Virus record (IMG/VR): IMGVR_UViG_3300036660_000031
Span: 9,148 to 73,147 of that record
From: a virus
Lineage: Duplodnaviria; Caudoviricetes
Reading direction: 5' to 3' (one strand)
Length of the DNA stretch: 64,000 nt
In this document: positions 29,601-37,291 of the stretch, one piece after another
Layout of the letters: each line of letters opens with the position of its first letter
Numbering within the stretch: the first letter of the stretch is position 1
Notes under the pieces: model-generated
Databases searched by the model: none
What the model was told of the DNA's origin: nothing
What the model saw: only the letters and a program-made list of their open reading frames with translations
Position numbers and translations under genes: made by a program

Positions 29601-31638
29601 CTGTATTCAATGCACCTAGTTGTTGTTTGGTCAGTTTAATGTCACCGTCTTGTGCCATCTTCAGAACAACAGCAGCGACTTCTGGATTAACCTTTGTAGC
29701 ATCCATCTGTGCAGCAGCAACCACGATTTGAGCAGACTCACGAGTCTGTTTAAGATCGTTCAGGAAAACTTTGGCATCATCAGTAGCAAGAAACTGTGAA
29801 GCAACTTCCATTGCTTTTTGTACTTCAAAAGACTCACCAATAGCATTCTCAATACCTGACAGTTCTTCCATGTGCATACGCACAGCTTCAGGCAGTGATT
29901 CCTTATCAATGTTCCCCATAGTGGAACTGGCTTCTGCCAGTGGAGCCAACAAAGCAAGGAGGGCAACACCCTTACCAAAACTCTGTTGCAAGTCCTTCTC
30001 ACCACGAATGTTCTTAACCAGTGCAGATACTGCTTCAGTACGAGTAGCAGCACCTTGGATAATGTCTTTTGCACCACTTAGCAATGGGCTATCGAGTTCA
30101 CCTTCAGCAATCTTCAGTGAGTTCATAAAGCCAGAGTAGGCATCCATTGCAGCAGCTTTAGGTGCAGCAGTCTCAGGAGTATCTTGTGGCGTAGGAGCCA
30201 ATGCTTGTACAACTTCAGCTTGTACTTGTGGTTCAACTTGAGCCAAAGCAATAGTCTTCTCAACCACACGATTGATAGAAGCAGGACCAGCAGCAGCATT
30301 TTTCTCTACAACTGCATCACCTTTCAAAGCCAGATACTCAGTAGCACCCACCAAGGCAGAGCCAGCACCACTCACAGCAGCTTGAATTGTCCGACCAGTA
30401 GCAGAAGGTGTTTGCAATGCTCCAGCAGTTCCTAAGCCATATAGGGCACCAGTACCAATTTGTTCGCCAACACCTTGAGACAGAGTTTTGTCTGTATCAG
30501 CAAACATTTGAATGGCTTTGTTCTGGGCTAGTTGTCCAGTACCACCTTGAATACCTTCTTCCAGTGTCTCTCTACCAAGGTTTCCAGCAACAGCTTTAAC
30601 TGATGCAGCTTTTAATGGATTAGCAGCAAAACCATCCACTAATTTACCAGCAGCGATAGCAGCAGGCAAAGTAACGACAGCAGAAGTTAGACCTGCACGA
30701 TTAGCCAGTGTTGACTTAGCTTCCTCTTTAGTCATTCCTTCAGCAATCATTCCAGCGTAATCAGGTGAACCCTTCATTAGCTTTTCATGATCCATGCCCA
30801 TGATCTCATTGGCAGTACCTTGATAAGCACCACCAGATTCAAGAGCACCAATTGCCAATGGAACACCGTACTTAGCAGTAGCCCCACCTGCTTTTTGAAG
30901 CAAGCCAGCTACAGGTGAAATAGACAATAAAGAACCAACACCTTGAGCAATACCATCACCCAAGGTTGTTGGATCAGTACCAGCATTCTTGACGCTAGAC
31001 ATAACGTCACGGCCAATACGAGACAGTGACGAACTAAGGTCAGTCTTACCTGAAGCCAAGTCTTGTTCAAATTGGAGAGTGCTATCACGCTCATCCATTT
31101 GGTTCTCAGCAGCCAGCAATCTACGTTTGGCTTGCAGAGCAGGGGATTGTGTGGACTGACCAAACTTGGTCATTTTGTCCAAACCTTCAGCAGCCCACAG
31201 ACCAGCATCTTTATTCAGTATGCCTAAACCTAGAGCACCAATGCCACCCAATGAATTAGCAATGCCCATACCGACACCAGACACAGTATCAGCAGCAGTT
31301 TGTTCTAGGGTACGTTGAGCAAGCTTGTCGTTTAAGACTTGCTGATCAGCAGCAGACTTAGCAAGGATTGCATTGTTTGCAGCATCTTGCCCGTACTTCT
31401 GATCCATCTGAGTAGGGGTTAAATAGCGGGAATCATATTCTTGTTCTGGGGCAGACATGACCCCTGAATTACTAGAAGCTCCAACACTAGGAGCATAAAG
31501 AGTTTGTGGGGTGACACCACCCAATGATGCTTTTTTGGCTTCCGATGCTTGGGCAACTTGTGCTTGTTTTTGTTGACCAACTGTACCGACTATCCCAGTC
31601 GATGCTTTTTCTAACAGATCATTGAGAAGTGGGTTCAC
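20629..31638 (-). CDS. virion-encapsidated RNA polymerase (N4 gp50-like), 3669 aa
   Basis: SRVGR, motif A EADGVTNG, motif B RGVAKNPLTITVYG, motif C IFDG; size; no Cys noticed on read-through. Confidence 0.97.
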   Translation of the reverse strand: MNPLLNDLLEKASTGIVGTVGQQKQAQVAQASEAKKASLGGVTPQTLYAPSVGASSNSGVMSAPEQEYDSRYLTPTQMDQKYGQDAANNAILAKSAADQQVLNDKLAQRTLEQTAADTVSGVGMGIANSLGGIGALGLGILNKDAGLWAAEGLDKMTKFGQSTQSPALQAKRRLLAAENQMDERDSTLQFEQDLASGKTDLSSSLSRIGRDVMSSVKNAGTDPTTLGDGIAQGVGSLLSISPVAGLLQKAGGATAKYGVPLAIGALESGGAYQGTANEIMGMDHEKLMKGSPDYAGMIAEGMTKEEAKSTLANRAGLTSAVVTLPAAIAAGKLVDGFAANPLKAASVKAVAGNLGRETLEEGIQGGTGQLAQNKAIQMFADTDKTLSQGVGEQIGTGALYGLGTAGALQTPSATGRTIQAAVSGAGSALVGATEYLALKGDAVVEKNAAAGPASINRVVEKTIALAQVEPQVQAEVVQALAPTPQDTPETAAPKAAAMDAYSGFMNSLKIAEGELDSPLLSGAKDIIQGAATRTEAVSALVKNIRGEKDLQQSFGKGVALLALLAPLAEASSTMGNIDKESLPEAVRMHMEELSGIENAIGESFEVQKAMEVASQFLATDDAKVFLNDLKQTRESAQIVVAAAQMDATKVNPEVAAVVLKMAQDGDIKLTKQQLGALNTAKTVMRAAIDYDKRLQAAGDPRPKDIVAFQVKTEDDDGRNVDGKRSALQHANHITKLINNGDMAAAQGALKLFGMFAQGQANKVKAINEHFAAGPDAPRVAANVLSAAAGFKMVPSKKLIGVTPNQVGSLRFANTVTAEARFLAQVHNGLAEAYPALQLDSLPIPELDAILQGKAPEVAAEFANGKRGYGVKQTTPAPVVETPVSVSVPPKADPVAKTPKKVKAAAVEPTTEQKIAKVEKKIRSTKRKNPSSLWSAIKNSMNESDLLDTYGKEWKKRYSLLRGKPGSSLVDRVADGALDEFLPFSLRGTDEVAATEYIKEKLRNQNYLTNETEDLLKQLDQTLNQLENQFTEQELLNEITTTQAEIEGTIPEGTTVTTTKESDGSVAKSVGTQEARTGVKQKAPKELSIPVAIKKASDATLQNQLDKEMVTPGYAERLRFKQLDAEMNLRETTAGADIAVQEEAPKAVVTPTPVVAKITPASPVVVVPPPVVDTPPVVEPLVETPPSVEPEAPLAIKTVADAYPNLVTPTKDEGTSLAKAFNLRKVVSRFFGSGSPAQALKDAMQSRESFNTFMGTTEKRKLTPEITEYYRNRVPVMTRKLVQMMNANLNKQLDVVPKNKGLTLRQLLDKGTDVSDFLRGKVLSIADSDGKGGYAYNQELVESAVLAGIDWFQNATNSGPIREEKDIAKILNIAEDEVSPEMLAEFNGGDLLLLVDVVPRIAANITEFWGLKGNNDYTQSATIGIPQAVATEVLMSMMEAKLVDHKLLNVGTNKDLHTFKLDHAVLGNDAYEGYPTLLSEIANSEVPESMYFGDAIPPVAKSQMNNADVALTAEQTKAIEAEQKTPFFLNELMLKLYEQLKPDGLIEIFGAGKIDEKKRALFNKTHLESVEGKNLSITAAFDSLLARTKEIDNVADTIGKNRTQVPVRFAYGISRVGRMQMLGRQNPQASKLVREALMPNQSKIDMTNQEDYNNYMLSVAQMLGVKVHTIPLEDSIAKVKTLFAGNLKDALLLMQKYDATGSVDSDAVSVIKAAMPAAGSTFMGLHAIVDYARLQNMIEDGGMPSEYDTAVYVEADGVTNGPINAMVNLASGRFTPNWLRNVAKGGLFLTPDQTMNEHRKTDGVDLYMASTLKFAERRIEMQQRLESDNANRLISPLMRLMNVFVKDVSINEKTGEIELQRGVAKNPLTITVYGSGARGIANKVTAELLDSIYAKMSEAMQKQAANPGMKFHDAMFGSMASANKSAESMYSDFLDSMSMLTDTFVKFSKKKEKYVIIPTSTSSTGPDGNTVYTKVPPMNWGTPATFKVGGLHLKSLQENMLKMFVEPLRKGIEETVGTEVMDSSQMIQVATNLQSIAMTARFEAAVYQAVQKHARPKTQFLSRNEQQAIMADLIKQFPTVKTKAQEFLIASTSQTMVNVSAFSQALAGDYAMDASVFAPDHAGVAGSPFLNIGMGDGLMMQLMSTMPNAIAGTLKIFDGVNMPVDKIKEGSLQANTAVSQTWQGNPMRAVADSFRASLPNMKQVMADTMGNEREVEAMQRTFTSLGLSDISFSDGLDYVSGVIENMANEIDARHATLKRVRHSVDQMASAEAPYQNEGEDLSMMPEDEQIARLNEIYKEEFRRISKISFARDSNSEELKPLEKKMIPRIMMTFEGVLTLVRKMPADLQETAKQALRSPAMRDYRVIVGTREDIQTETGGLLGSADGLTLPESKLIFLTSGSPEVLVHELVHAATFEKVQSAIAGTNKDKVTVAAVERLKALRDQFYTMQHNGALERTPEQNLAVTQAINSMKAAKSEFGDAAELNELMAWATTNEALIEVGKATKANPSALVKFTRAVVNTIRNIFFGSSPDKLPRDFFNQVRFNTALISTRRQPNPVNAGKALILRHSTAYGNDARLNQIETAYLEMMEPLFNGLVNQVKKNTAVNHATVLTNTVSASFPMSQQQKSTFQVVVGALSTEAALNPASIAKAQELYNHVTKQLEVENFMVNPQLNDPADRFYAQEKYDLIMGKTLLVKDSAGRSSLMPVFFALATVDDSFRTILSTMTMPEVAKNTGTTLDDYLRNYGNNAMEALSNRLSGTKDTDSVREAIDGLQENILDTVDKKATVLTMMGDKMGGWVDTANGKVVDRLGDLALAGANLGNKLKTSNNKYVVVAGEVVKAVSGTLTNTTAEASAEGALSAMSSREGLQPLRDFANDLIGRVGSNADIYDMIKKVRSTVAAVRQEFRENVPLRIEKEFKTTLTNEQWTDLNKVMGKTDLVSLNIPFVEIKELIRNKAKMAQAIKAKEDAIKVLTGVHAPRYLAKSKQLADYMKTGNPGSNLLRNAEAISRMFNERVAKITITPVLTSDIDQLVSLYAVRDMEQAERNTFNELSDDAGLDFTFSYLKQQRKDETDKALANSGSLFNHYKGYIPSVQSSGMSLIVADDTQHARLTAMSYVMVGSYDGAGGEKYPLKKSYYFSNTPTRAPFSQGIVQNVNITAGGVTAMHGYTQGLTAGMINEPAVVAEITKRIALGAEKRTNEQLMPVFGPTGDVIAYERSIDPTQLERLQKNDKLHQMLGVWRGRQVEEAMASSVNDKLVDNMVAMYKKDLQAGRASEYVNIYDAKDPVLKDALKIMPASVKDYMANAVGSDDEFMVRRDMLFDAFGYRAASVGDAWTGNTRFSDETQEIFKRVALGVMGNKAFSHLTNGEKILSNFMSDARTTIVVKSVIVPVMNLVSNMVQLKSRGVPLLDILKKSNSKTIEINSYVKNRLRQVDAEAELRAAVGTNAVLKLEAEIQSLKDAQRRLTIWPLIEAGEFTAISDVGVMHDDVDLSQGRWQEYIEKQVSKLPESIRNAGRYAYITKDTALFQGLQKAVQYGDFLAKAIMYDELVLRKGKPPAEAMAMITEEFINYDRLPGRFRGYLEQIGLLWFYNFKLRSTKVAASMLRNNPVHAFVSGLMPVPAMFGPIGSPIEDNFLTKAVSGTLGYSMGPGMGLRAPALNPWWAMTH

Positions 31639-31709
31639 AGTACGCCTTATTAAATCAAAGCTAAGTATAACTAATGGGAACCCTCACAGGAGAATTCCCA
31701 TCAGTAACT

Positions 31710-34004
31710 TTAAGGGTTCATATCAAGGAATGCTTTCTCAGCTTCTGCCAAAGATTTGAAAGATTGCTTGCCAATACGTTGGAATGCAGGATTAGGGATA
31801 ACCCTATAAAACGGCACATTCGGATCACGTATTGTAGGCGGCAATTCGAGTTGCCATGTCTTACCACCATCAGTAGTTCTAACTGGAGCAACACTCTTGT
31901 CAGCCTTTTTCAACAGGCTTGCAGCTTTAGCTTCCGTAGAAGCACCCGTAACAGCAGGACGTTCTGGCACAGGGTCAGTACGCATACCGGGTTGAGCTAT
32001 GTTAGCAGTAGCCTGACTAACTGATTGCTCAGTTATACGAGAATCAGCCTGATCAATAAGTGCCTGTTTGTACATTTCTTCAGCACCGGGAGTACCTTTT
32101 CTAACAGCACCTGCGGCAGCAGCTACCAGTGCATCAGCCTGCTTGGTAGCAGATTGAGCATCATTAATTGCTTGCTCATTCTGTGCATAAATAGAACTGG
32201 TACGTTCAGCATTGAGCAGTTTACCGTTCTTCTTGTAGTCCTGAACCAAGGTTTTAAGACGACTTTCGTTAATGCTTTTTTGCCATCCCATCGGACCTTC
32301 ACCAAAGATATTCAGTTTACGGTCAGTGTTGGTTCCAGCTTCTTTTAATACCTCAGCAGCAACAGCACCATTAACACCCAACTGTTCTTTAACATAATTA
32401 AGTTGTGTCTCAATTTCAGCAGGTTGAGTCTTGCTGAATGGGCCATCTTTACCAGTCAAGTTGTTGGTAATGGTAGCTGTAGAAGTGTCAGTACCATATG
32501 AAGACTTGGCAATCTTCACCAGATTCATAACTTCAGAAGCACCACTACTTGCCTTAGCCAGAGTGTTAGCAGTAGAACCAGAAGAAGCAGACAGAGCGAG
32601 TTCTGCACTGCTAGGCATACCAGCATTGAACTTACCAATATGACGTTCAGACCAGCTTTGAACAGTGTCACCATCCTTGAAGCCATTCTTCTTCATGGCA
32701 TCCAAAGTCTCAGCACTTGGCTTACCACCTTTCAAAGCAGTCAAGATACCGGGTCCAACATTGTGAACCAAGTAAAGATTCTGGGGTGTGACAGGAAGTC
32801 CAGCTTCTTTAATGTAGCCAGAATTCTCTTTAGCTAAGAGAGCACTAGCCATGATATTCACATCAGCATTCTTACGAGGATCATTGTCTTTCTGGAAATT
32901 AGAAGCATCGACTGGCAACATACCAAGGGATTTACCTTCAGCACTGTTAGCCAAGTTGTTCCAAGTCTTCTGTGTAAATTGACCGGGACCAGTTGCACCT
33001 GTAGGAGAAATAGCACCTTTTAGGCCACCCTCCATATTCAACATCCCTGTCATGTACTCAGAAGGAATGCCATACTTTTCAGCAGCAGCAGAAGCTACCT
33101 TAGAAATCGCAGGTGTCATACCTTTAGAGGAAGATACAGAACCACCACCTCCACCAGCAAGTAAAGTTTCAGCAGGCGTGTTGATTGAAGGGAACAGTCC
33201 TTTCAATGCTGTAGTCAGATTAGCAATGTAGCCAATAGGCTTCTTGTTAGTAACTGCTTCACCTAAGATAGCGTTAGCCTGTGCTTCAGTAGCAAGACCA
33301 CCACTTGATTGCAGACGAGCCAAATCACCCATGAGTGTCTGGTTGTTCTGATACTGATCTTCAGTACGATTACGATCACGCTCAAGCAATCCACGATCTT
33401 GAATTGCTTCATTGTTAAGGCGATTCTCTTTGCCCCAACCAAAGGACTTCAGACGATCAAAGAGTGCATTGTCTTGGTTCAAGTTCACTTCATCTTGACG
33501 ATTCTTGACACCTTGTCCAGTATTCACTAGAAGTTGACCGGCATTACTGCCAGTCAATGCAGCAACTCTTAGAGGGTCCATTGCTTCATTCTGGGCTATC
33601 TCTCTAGTCTTTGCAGCAACTAACAAAGGGTCCATTAATGCAGCTTGATTGTTTTCAGCAGTCTTACCAGCAATAAGTAGCGGGTTAAGCTGACTACGGT
33701 AGTCCATGTTCTGTTGATTAGAAGCATTCTCAATCAAGTTACTAGAACGAGACATGACCTTGGCTAGTGCTTCAGCAGAAGCATTACCCACAGGCATAGC
33801 ACCAGAAGCTATATCAGTTTGAAGCTGTCCAGCATCTGAGTAACCAGCTAATTTAGCTAACACGCCTTGATCAGCAAACTGACCAACAGCACCAGAAGCA
33901 CCGTTGGCAGCATTAGAAAAAAGTCGTGCAGCCGAATTAATGCTGTCTTGGACACCAGCAAAATTAGGGCCAACAACTTGTTGCCACGTTAGGGGTTTAT
34001 TCAT
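31710..34004 (-). CDS. internal virion/ejection protein with lytic transglycosylase (SLT) domain, N4 gp51-like
   Basis: AAEKYGIP...MLNMEGG...SPTGATGPGQF, VNIMASA, YLVHNVG; position next to vRNAP. Confidence 0.75.
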   Translation of the reverse strand: MNKPLTWQQVVGPNFAGVQDSINSAARLFSNAANGASGAVGQFADQGVLAKLAGYSDAGQLQTDIASGAMPVGNASAEALAKVMSRSSNLIENASNQQNMDYRSQLNPLLIAGKTAENNQAALMDPLLVAAKTREIAQNEAMDPLRVAALTGSNAGQLLVNTGQGVKNRQDEVNLNQDNALFDRLKSFGWGKENRLNNEAIQDRGLLERDRNRTEDQYQNNQTLMGDLARLQSSGGLATEAQANAILGEAVTNKKPIGYIANLTTALKGLFPSINTPAETLLAGGGGGSVSSSKGMTPAISKVASAAAEKYGIPSEYMTGMLNMEGGLKGAISPTGATGPGQFTQKTWNNLANSAEGKSLGMLPVDASNFQKDNDPRKNADVNIMASALLAKENSGYIKEAGLPVTPQNLYLVHNVGPGILTALKGGKPSAETLDAMKKNGFKDGDTVQSWSERHIGKFNAGMPSSAELALSASSGSTANTLAKASSGASEVMNLVKIAKSSYGTDTSTATITNNLTGKDGPFSKTQPAEIETQLNYVKEQLGVNGAVAAEVLKEAGTNTDRKLNIFGEGPMGWQKSINESRLKTLVQDYKKNGKLLNAERTSSIYAQNEQAINDAQSATKQADALVAAAAGAVRKGTPGAEEMYKQALIDQADSRITEQSVSQATANIAQPGMRTDPVPERPAVTGASTEAKAASLLKKADKSVAPVRTTDGGKTWQLELPPTIRDPNVPFYRVIPNPAFQRIGKQSFKSLAEAEKAFLDMNP

Positions 34005-34016
34005 GATGTGCCTTTA

Positions 34017-34553
34017 TTAACGGGTAAGTTTTTTACGCTCGTATTCTGCTTGAGCTTTAGAAGGATCGTCACCATTGAACTGACCACGAGTACGAAGACG
34101 GTCATCAAGAGTACTGTTGTATGCTTTAAGACTGTTATTCAAGTTGGTGTTGGTCACATCTTTAGTAAGATTAAACTGATCACGGGCAAGGTTGACAGAC
34201 TTAGCACCCATCCAAAGATTAGCCAAAGAACCAAGTCCCTGCATACCAAGCTGTAAAGTAGGCATATTCATGCCAAGACCAGAGTTAGCAAAAAAGCCAC
34301 CTCCCGCACCTTGAGTACCAACACCCCATGTAGGAATGCCACCACCTTGTCCATTCATACTCACATTGCCACTGGTTCCCATCATACCAATTGGGTTGAA
34401 TTGTTGGCTCTGGGTAGAACCAAAGTTCTGACCAAAAGTATTCATTGCAGCGCCAGCAGCATCACCAGTTGCAGGAGGCGCACCAAAAGTAGGAAACTGC
34501 ATTCCCTGAGAAGGGAACTGTGGTGCCTGTGGATTAAACGAGTAGTTAGCCAT
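34017..34553 (-). CDS. small structural/ejection protein, N4 gp52-like
   Basis: GLGSLANLWMG..QFNLTKD..NTNLNNSLKAYNSTLDDR; synteny. Confidence 0.75.
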   Translation of the reverse strand: MANYSFNPQAPQFPSQGMQFPTFGAPPATGDAAGAAMNTFGQNFGSTQSQQFNPIGMMGTSGNVSMNGQGGGIPTWGVGTQGAGGGFFANSGLGMNMPTLQLGMQGLGSLANLWMGAKSVNLARDQFNLTKDVTNTNLNNSLKAYNSTLDDRLRTRGQFNGDDPSKAQAEYERKKLTR

Positions 34554-34561
34554 ATTAGTTC

Positions 34562-37282
34562 TCAATCAAGATAAGGTAATTTAAGTTGTGGTCCAGGAAA
34601 TTCTTCCACTAATTTAAGGGAGGTATCCGCAATTTCAGTACCTGTCATCATGGTTCTTGTGAAGAACTGATCGGGCCTTTCTGTTGCGTAGCGGGTAGCT
34701 TCAGCAATCATTGTTGGATCAACACCTGAGTCTTTTAGCAACTCTTGGGTCATTGTATTGATCTTCTCCATCGCAAGTTTGCTTTCAGCAATCATGTCTA
34801 TCGTCTGCTTATTCAAGTCTACAGCCACACCTTGTAGGTGATTGCTGTATTCCTGCAAACCACTCATAGAGAGTTTAATCAAATTATCAGCTTTTGTTAA
34901 TTCTGCCCACTGAGCATTTATGTCAAAGGTTGCTCCGTTGACTGCCATGCTAATGACAACCATCGAAACAATCGCACCAACAACATTACCAAAAGATGAT
35001 CCAAAAAGTGAGCCAGCAGCTTTAGTGATTATCGCAGCGACCAGAGAAGCAACCAAGGCATTAGCTATGGCCCCTGCAACAATTGCAGCAGTACCAGCAA
35101 AACCTAGTGACACACCTACTGCAATGTTGCTTCCAAGAACACCAGCAGTACCAGCACCGATACCACCAGTGGCAACAGAAATAGCAATGATTGCTACGAT
35201 TAAAAGAATCTTGAAAGCACCTGTGGCATACCAAGGGGTAGTGGTAGTTTGCACCTCATAGTAATTTAGAACCAAGAAAGCACACTCAAGACTGAGTTGG
35301 GTACGGCGAATGAGGTTAGTTTCTCTAAACACTGCTTCATGCAGTGGAACAATAAAGCCAGAGTTTTCATCTTTTTTGTCGATGGCTTCAAATGCCAAAG
35401 TCTGCACCACCTTACCACCATACACATTGTTTGTATGTACTAGATCGAAGTATTCATATTCTTCCCAAAGTGTGTCTGAGATTTGACAACCAAATGCAAC
35501 CAGCATAGTAGTGCTAGTAACATACTGGGTTGACGCTGGAGCATCAGCAGTAGCTGGAGTATATGTAGGCACATCAATGCTGACACTGCCTTTGTTAACT
35601 GCCCAAGCATTACCTACCTTGCCACCAGCACGAGGATTCATACCAGAACCAACAATACGATTGCCACCTTTACCAGCAACGGAAACACTGTATTGCCAAT
35701 TCTCTATGCCATTAAGAGCAGTAACCTCAAAGGAGTATTGCTGTGGTGTAGGTGGAATAGGGCGTGTATCTGCAAGAGATGCATTGAGTAAAGCTTCAGA
35801 TTGATTTGATGCTTGGTAGTTGGCTACGAATTGCAACCACGCTGTTTGAAAGTCATCAGAGTCACGCAAGAAACGTGTATCAGATGGGGTTGAATCAGCC
35901 AAGTTTTTAAAAAACTCATACAGGTAAGTTAATCCATCTTGTTGTTGAGTTCCCAGAGCCACACCAAATACTATCCAAGCATGGTCAATCTTACTGACAT
36001 CTGGATTATTTTCTAATGATTTAAGAATGTCATCGTACTTGTCGCCACTTCCAAAAGCTTTACGTACAGCTTTTTTATTCCAACTATATTGCTCAGGAAA
36101 GTTAGTAGCATTAATAGGTGCATTGGTTCTACGAATTGGGATCACAGGAAAGAACTTCTGGATTGTGCCAACCATATTAAACAGCACACTGTTTCCATAA
36201 GGACTCGTACCTTGCTTGTAAACTACAAGTTGAACAGGTTCCCATTTCTCATCACGAGTAGTTTGGGTAAGTACATGGTGTTGCCATGTGATGATAACCA
36301 CAGGCATTGTCGTAGTGGTGATAGTAGTTTTAGTGACACCACCCACAGTAGAATTAGTCGAAGTCTTGGTAGTAGTGGAACCAAGAATATATTGACTGTA
36401 TATATAAGCGGTAGTTGTTGTAGTGGTAGCCACAATATCAGGTGTTGCCTGAACACTATCAACTCTAGTAAAGACACCTTCTTCTCTGGCGTATATAGGA
36501 TTCTCAACAGTAGTTACTGTGTTATTAGTGGAAGGTGTATTGTCAGAGTAAGTGATTAAAGTTCTAACTGTTTTAGTTCCAGACACAGGAGTGGGAACTA
36601 ATATGTAGCTACCCACAAAACCAGTAGTGTTTGGCTTATTAGCTGTATACATCCAACCAGTGTCATAAAAGACTGATCCGACTTGGGTACGCTCTTCATA
36701 GTACAGATAAGCATACAAGCTTGGTGTATTAACATCAAAAGGTGGTACATAAACAACTTGAGTACCATCAGCAAAGTTAATGAGTAATGCCCCCGTAACT
36801 ATAGTAATTGGGTATCCTTGTGCGTTGATAGTATCGTATGTCTCTTGTTTGACTTCAAAGTTCTGACCCCGATAATTGGGGTAGTATTTGTAGATATATA
36901 CCAAAGCAATAGATTGCAGATCAACAGTACCAACTGAATAACTAACAATACGCTTTTGTCTATTAGGTACAGGTGGAACCAAGAAGTCAAAGCCTTCTTC
37001 ACCTAATACATATGAAGTGACTGCAATACCTTGATAGTTACCCACTCGGTTATTAAATCCAGATCGTTCTGCCCACTTAGCAAAACGCATGTAAGCAGTG
37101 GCAGGGCCACTAATATGTGATTTAACAATACCAACACCCAAACCATTGGCAGACTTACCAGACACCACAAGACTAAGTATGGTGTTCTTCATGTAGTTAC
37201 CTCGGCTAGCTACATCCCCTGCCAAGTTATAGGCAGAGGAGCCAGCCGATATAGTTGTAGTTGTCTTACTTTTGAATCCCAC
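34562..37282 (-). CDS. structural protein, N4 gp53-like
   Basis: SSAYNLAGD, FFPVIPIR, IDHAWIVFGV, FIVPLH, PWYATGAFK..; GTG start with SD AAGGA. Confidence 0.8.
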   Translation of the reverse strand: MGFKSKTTTTISAGSSAYNLAGDVASRGNYMKNTILSLVVSGKSANGLGVGIVKSHISGPATAYMRFAKWAERSGFNNRVGNYQGIAVTSYVLGEEGFDFLVPPVPNRQKRIVSYSVGTVDLQSIALVYIYKYYPNYRGQNFEVKQETYDTINAQGYPITIVTGALLINFADGTQVVYVPPFDVNTPSLYAYLYYEERTQVGSVFYDTGWMYTANKPNTTGFVGSYILVPTPVSGTKTVRTLITYSDNTPSTNNTVTTVENPIYAREEGVFTRVDSVQATPDIVATTTTTTAYIYSQYILGSTTTKTSTNSTVGGVTKTTITTTTMPVVIITWQHHVLTQTTRDEKWEPVQLVVYKQGTSPYGNSVLFNMVGTIQKFFPVIPIRRTNAPINATNFPEQYSWNKKAVRKAFGSGDKYDDILKSLENNPDVSKIDHAWIVFGVALGTQQQDGLTYLYEFFKNLADSTPSDTRFLRDSDDFQTAWLQFVANYQASNQSEALLNASLADTRPIPPTPQQYSFEVTALNGIENWQYSVSVAGKGGNRIVGSGMNPRAGGKVGNAWAVNKGSVSIDVPTYTPATADAPASTQYVTSTTMLVAFGCQISDTLWEEYEYFDLVHTNNVYGGKVVQTLAFEAIDKKDENSGFIVPLHEAVFRETNLIRRTQLSLECAFLVLNYYEVQTTTTPWYATGAFKILLIVAIIAISVATGGIGAGTAGVLGSNIAVGVSLGFAGTAAIVAGAIANALVASLVAAIITKAAGSLFGSSFGNVVGAIVSMVVISMAVNGATFDINAQWAELTKADNLIKLSMSGLQEYSNHLQGVAVDLNKQTIDMIAESKLAMEKINTMTQELLKDSGVDPTMIAEATRYATERPDQFFTRTMMTGTEIADTSLKLVEEFPGPQLKLPYLD

Positions 37283-37291
37283 AAGACTTCC

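Noticed and set aside
20629-31638. Giant Cys-free ORF as a novelty
   Set aside because: Known hallmark of N4 vRNAP.
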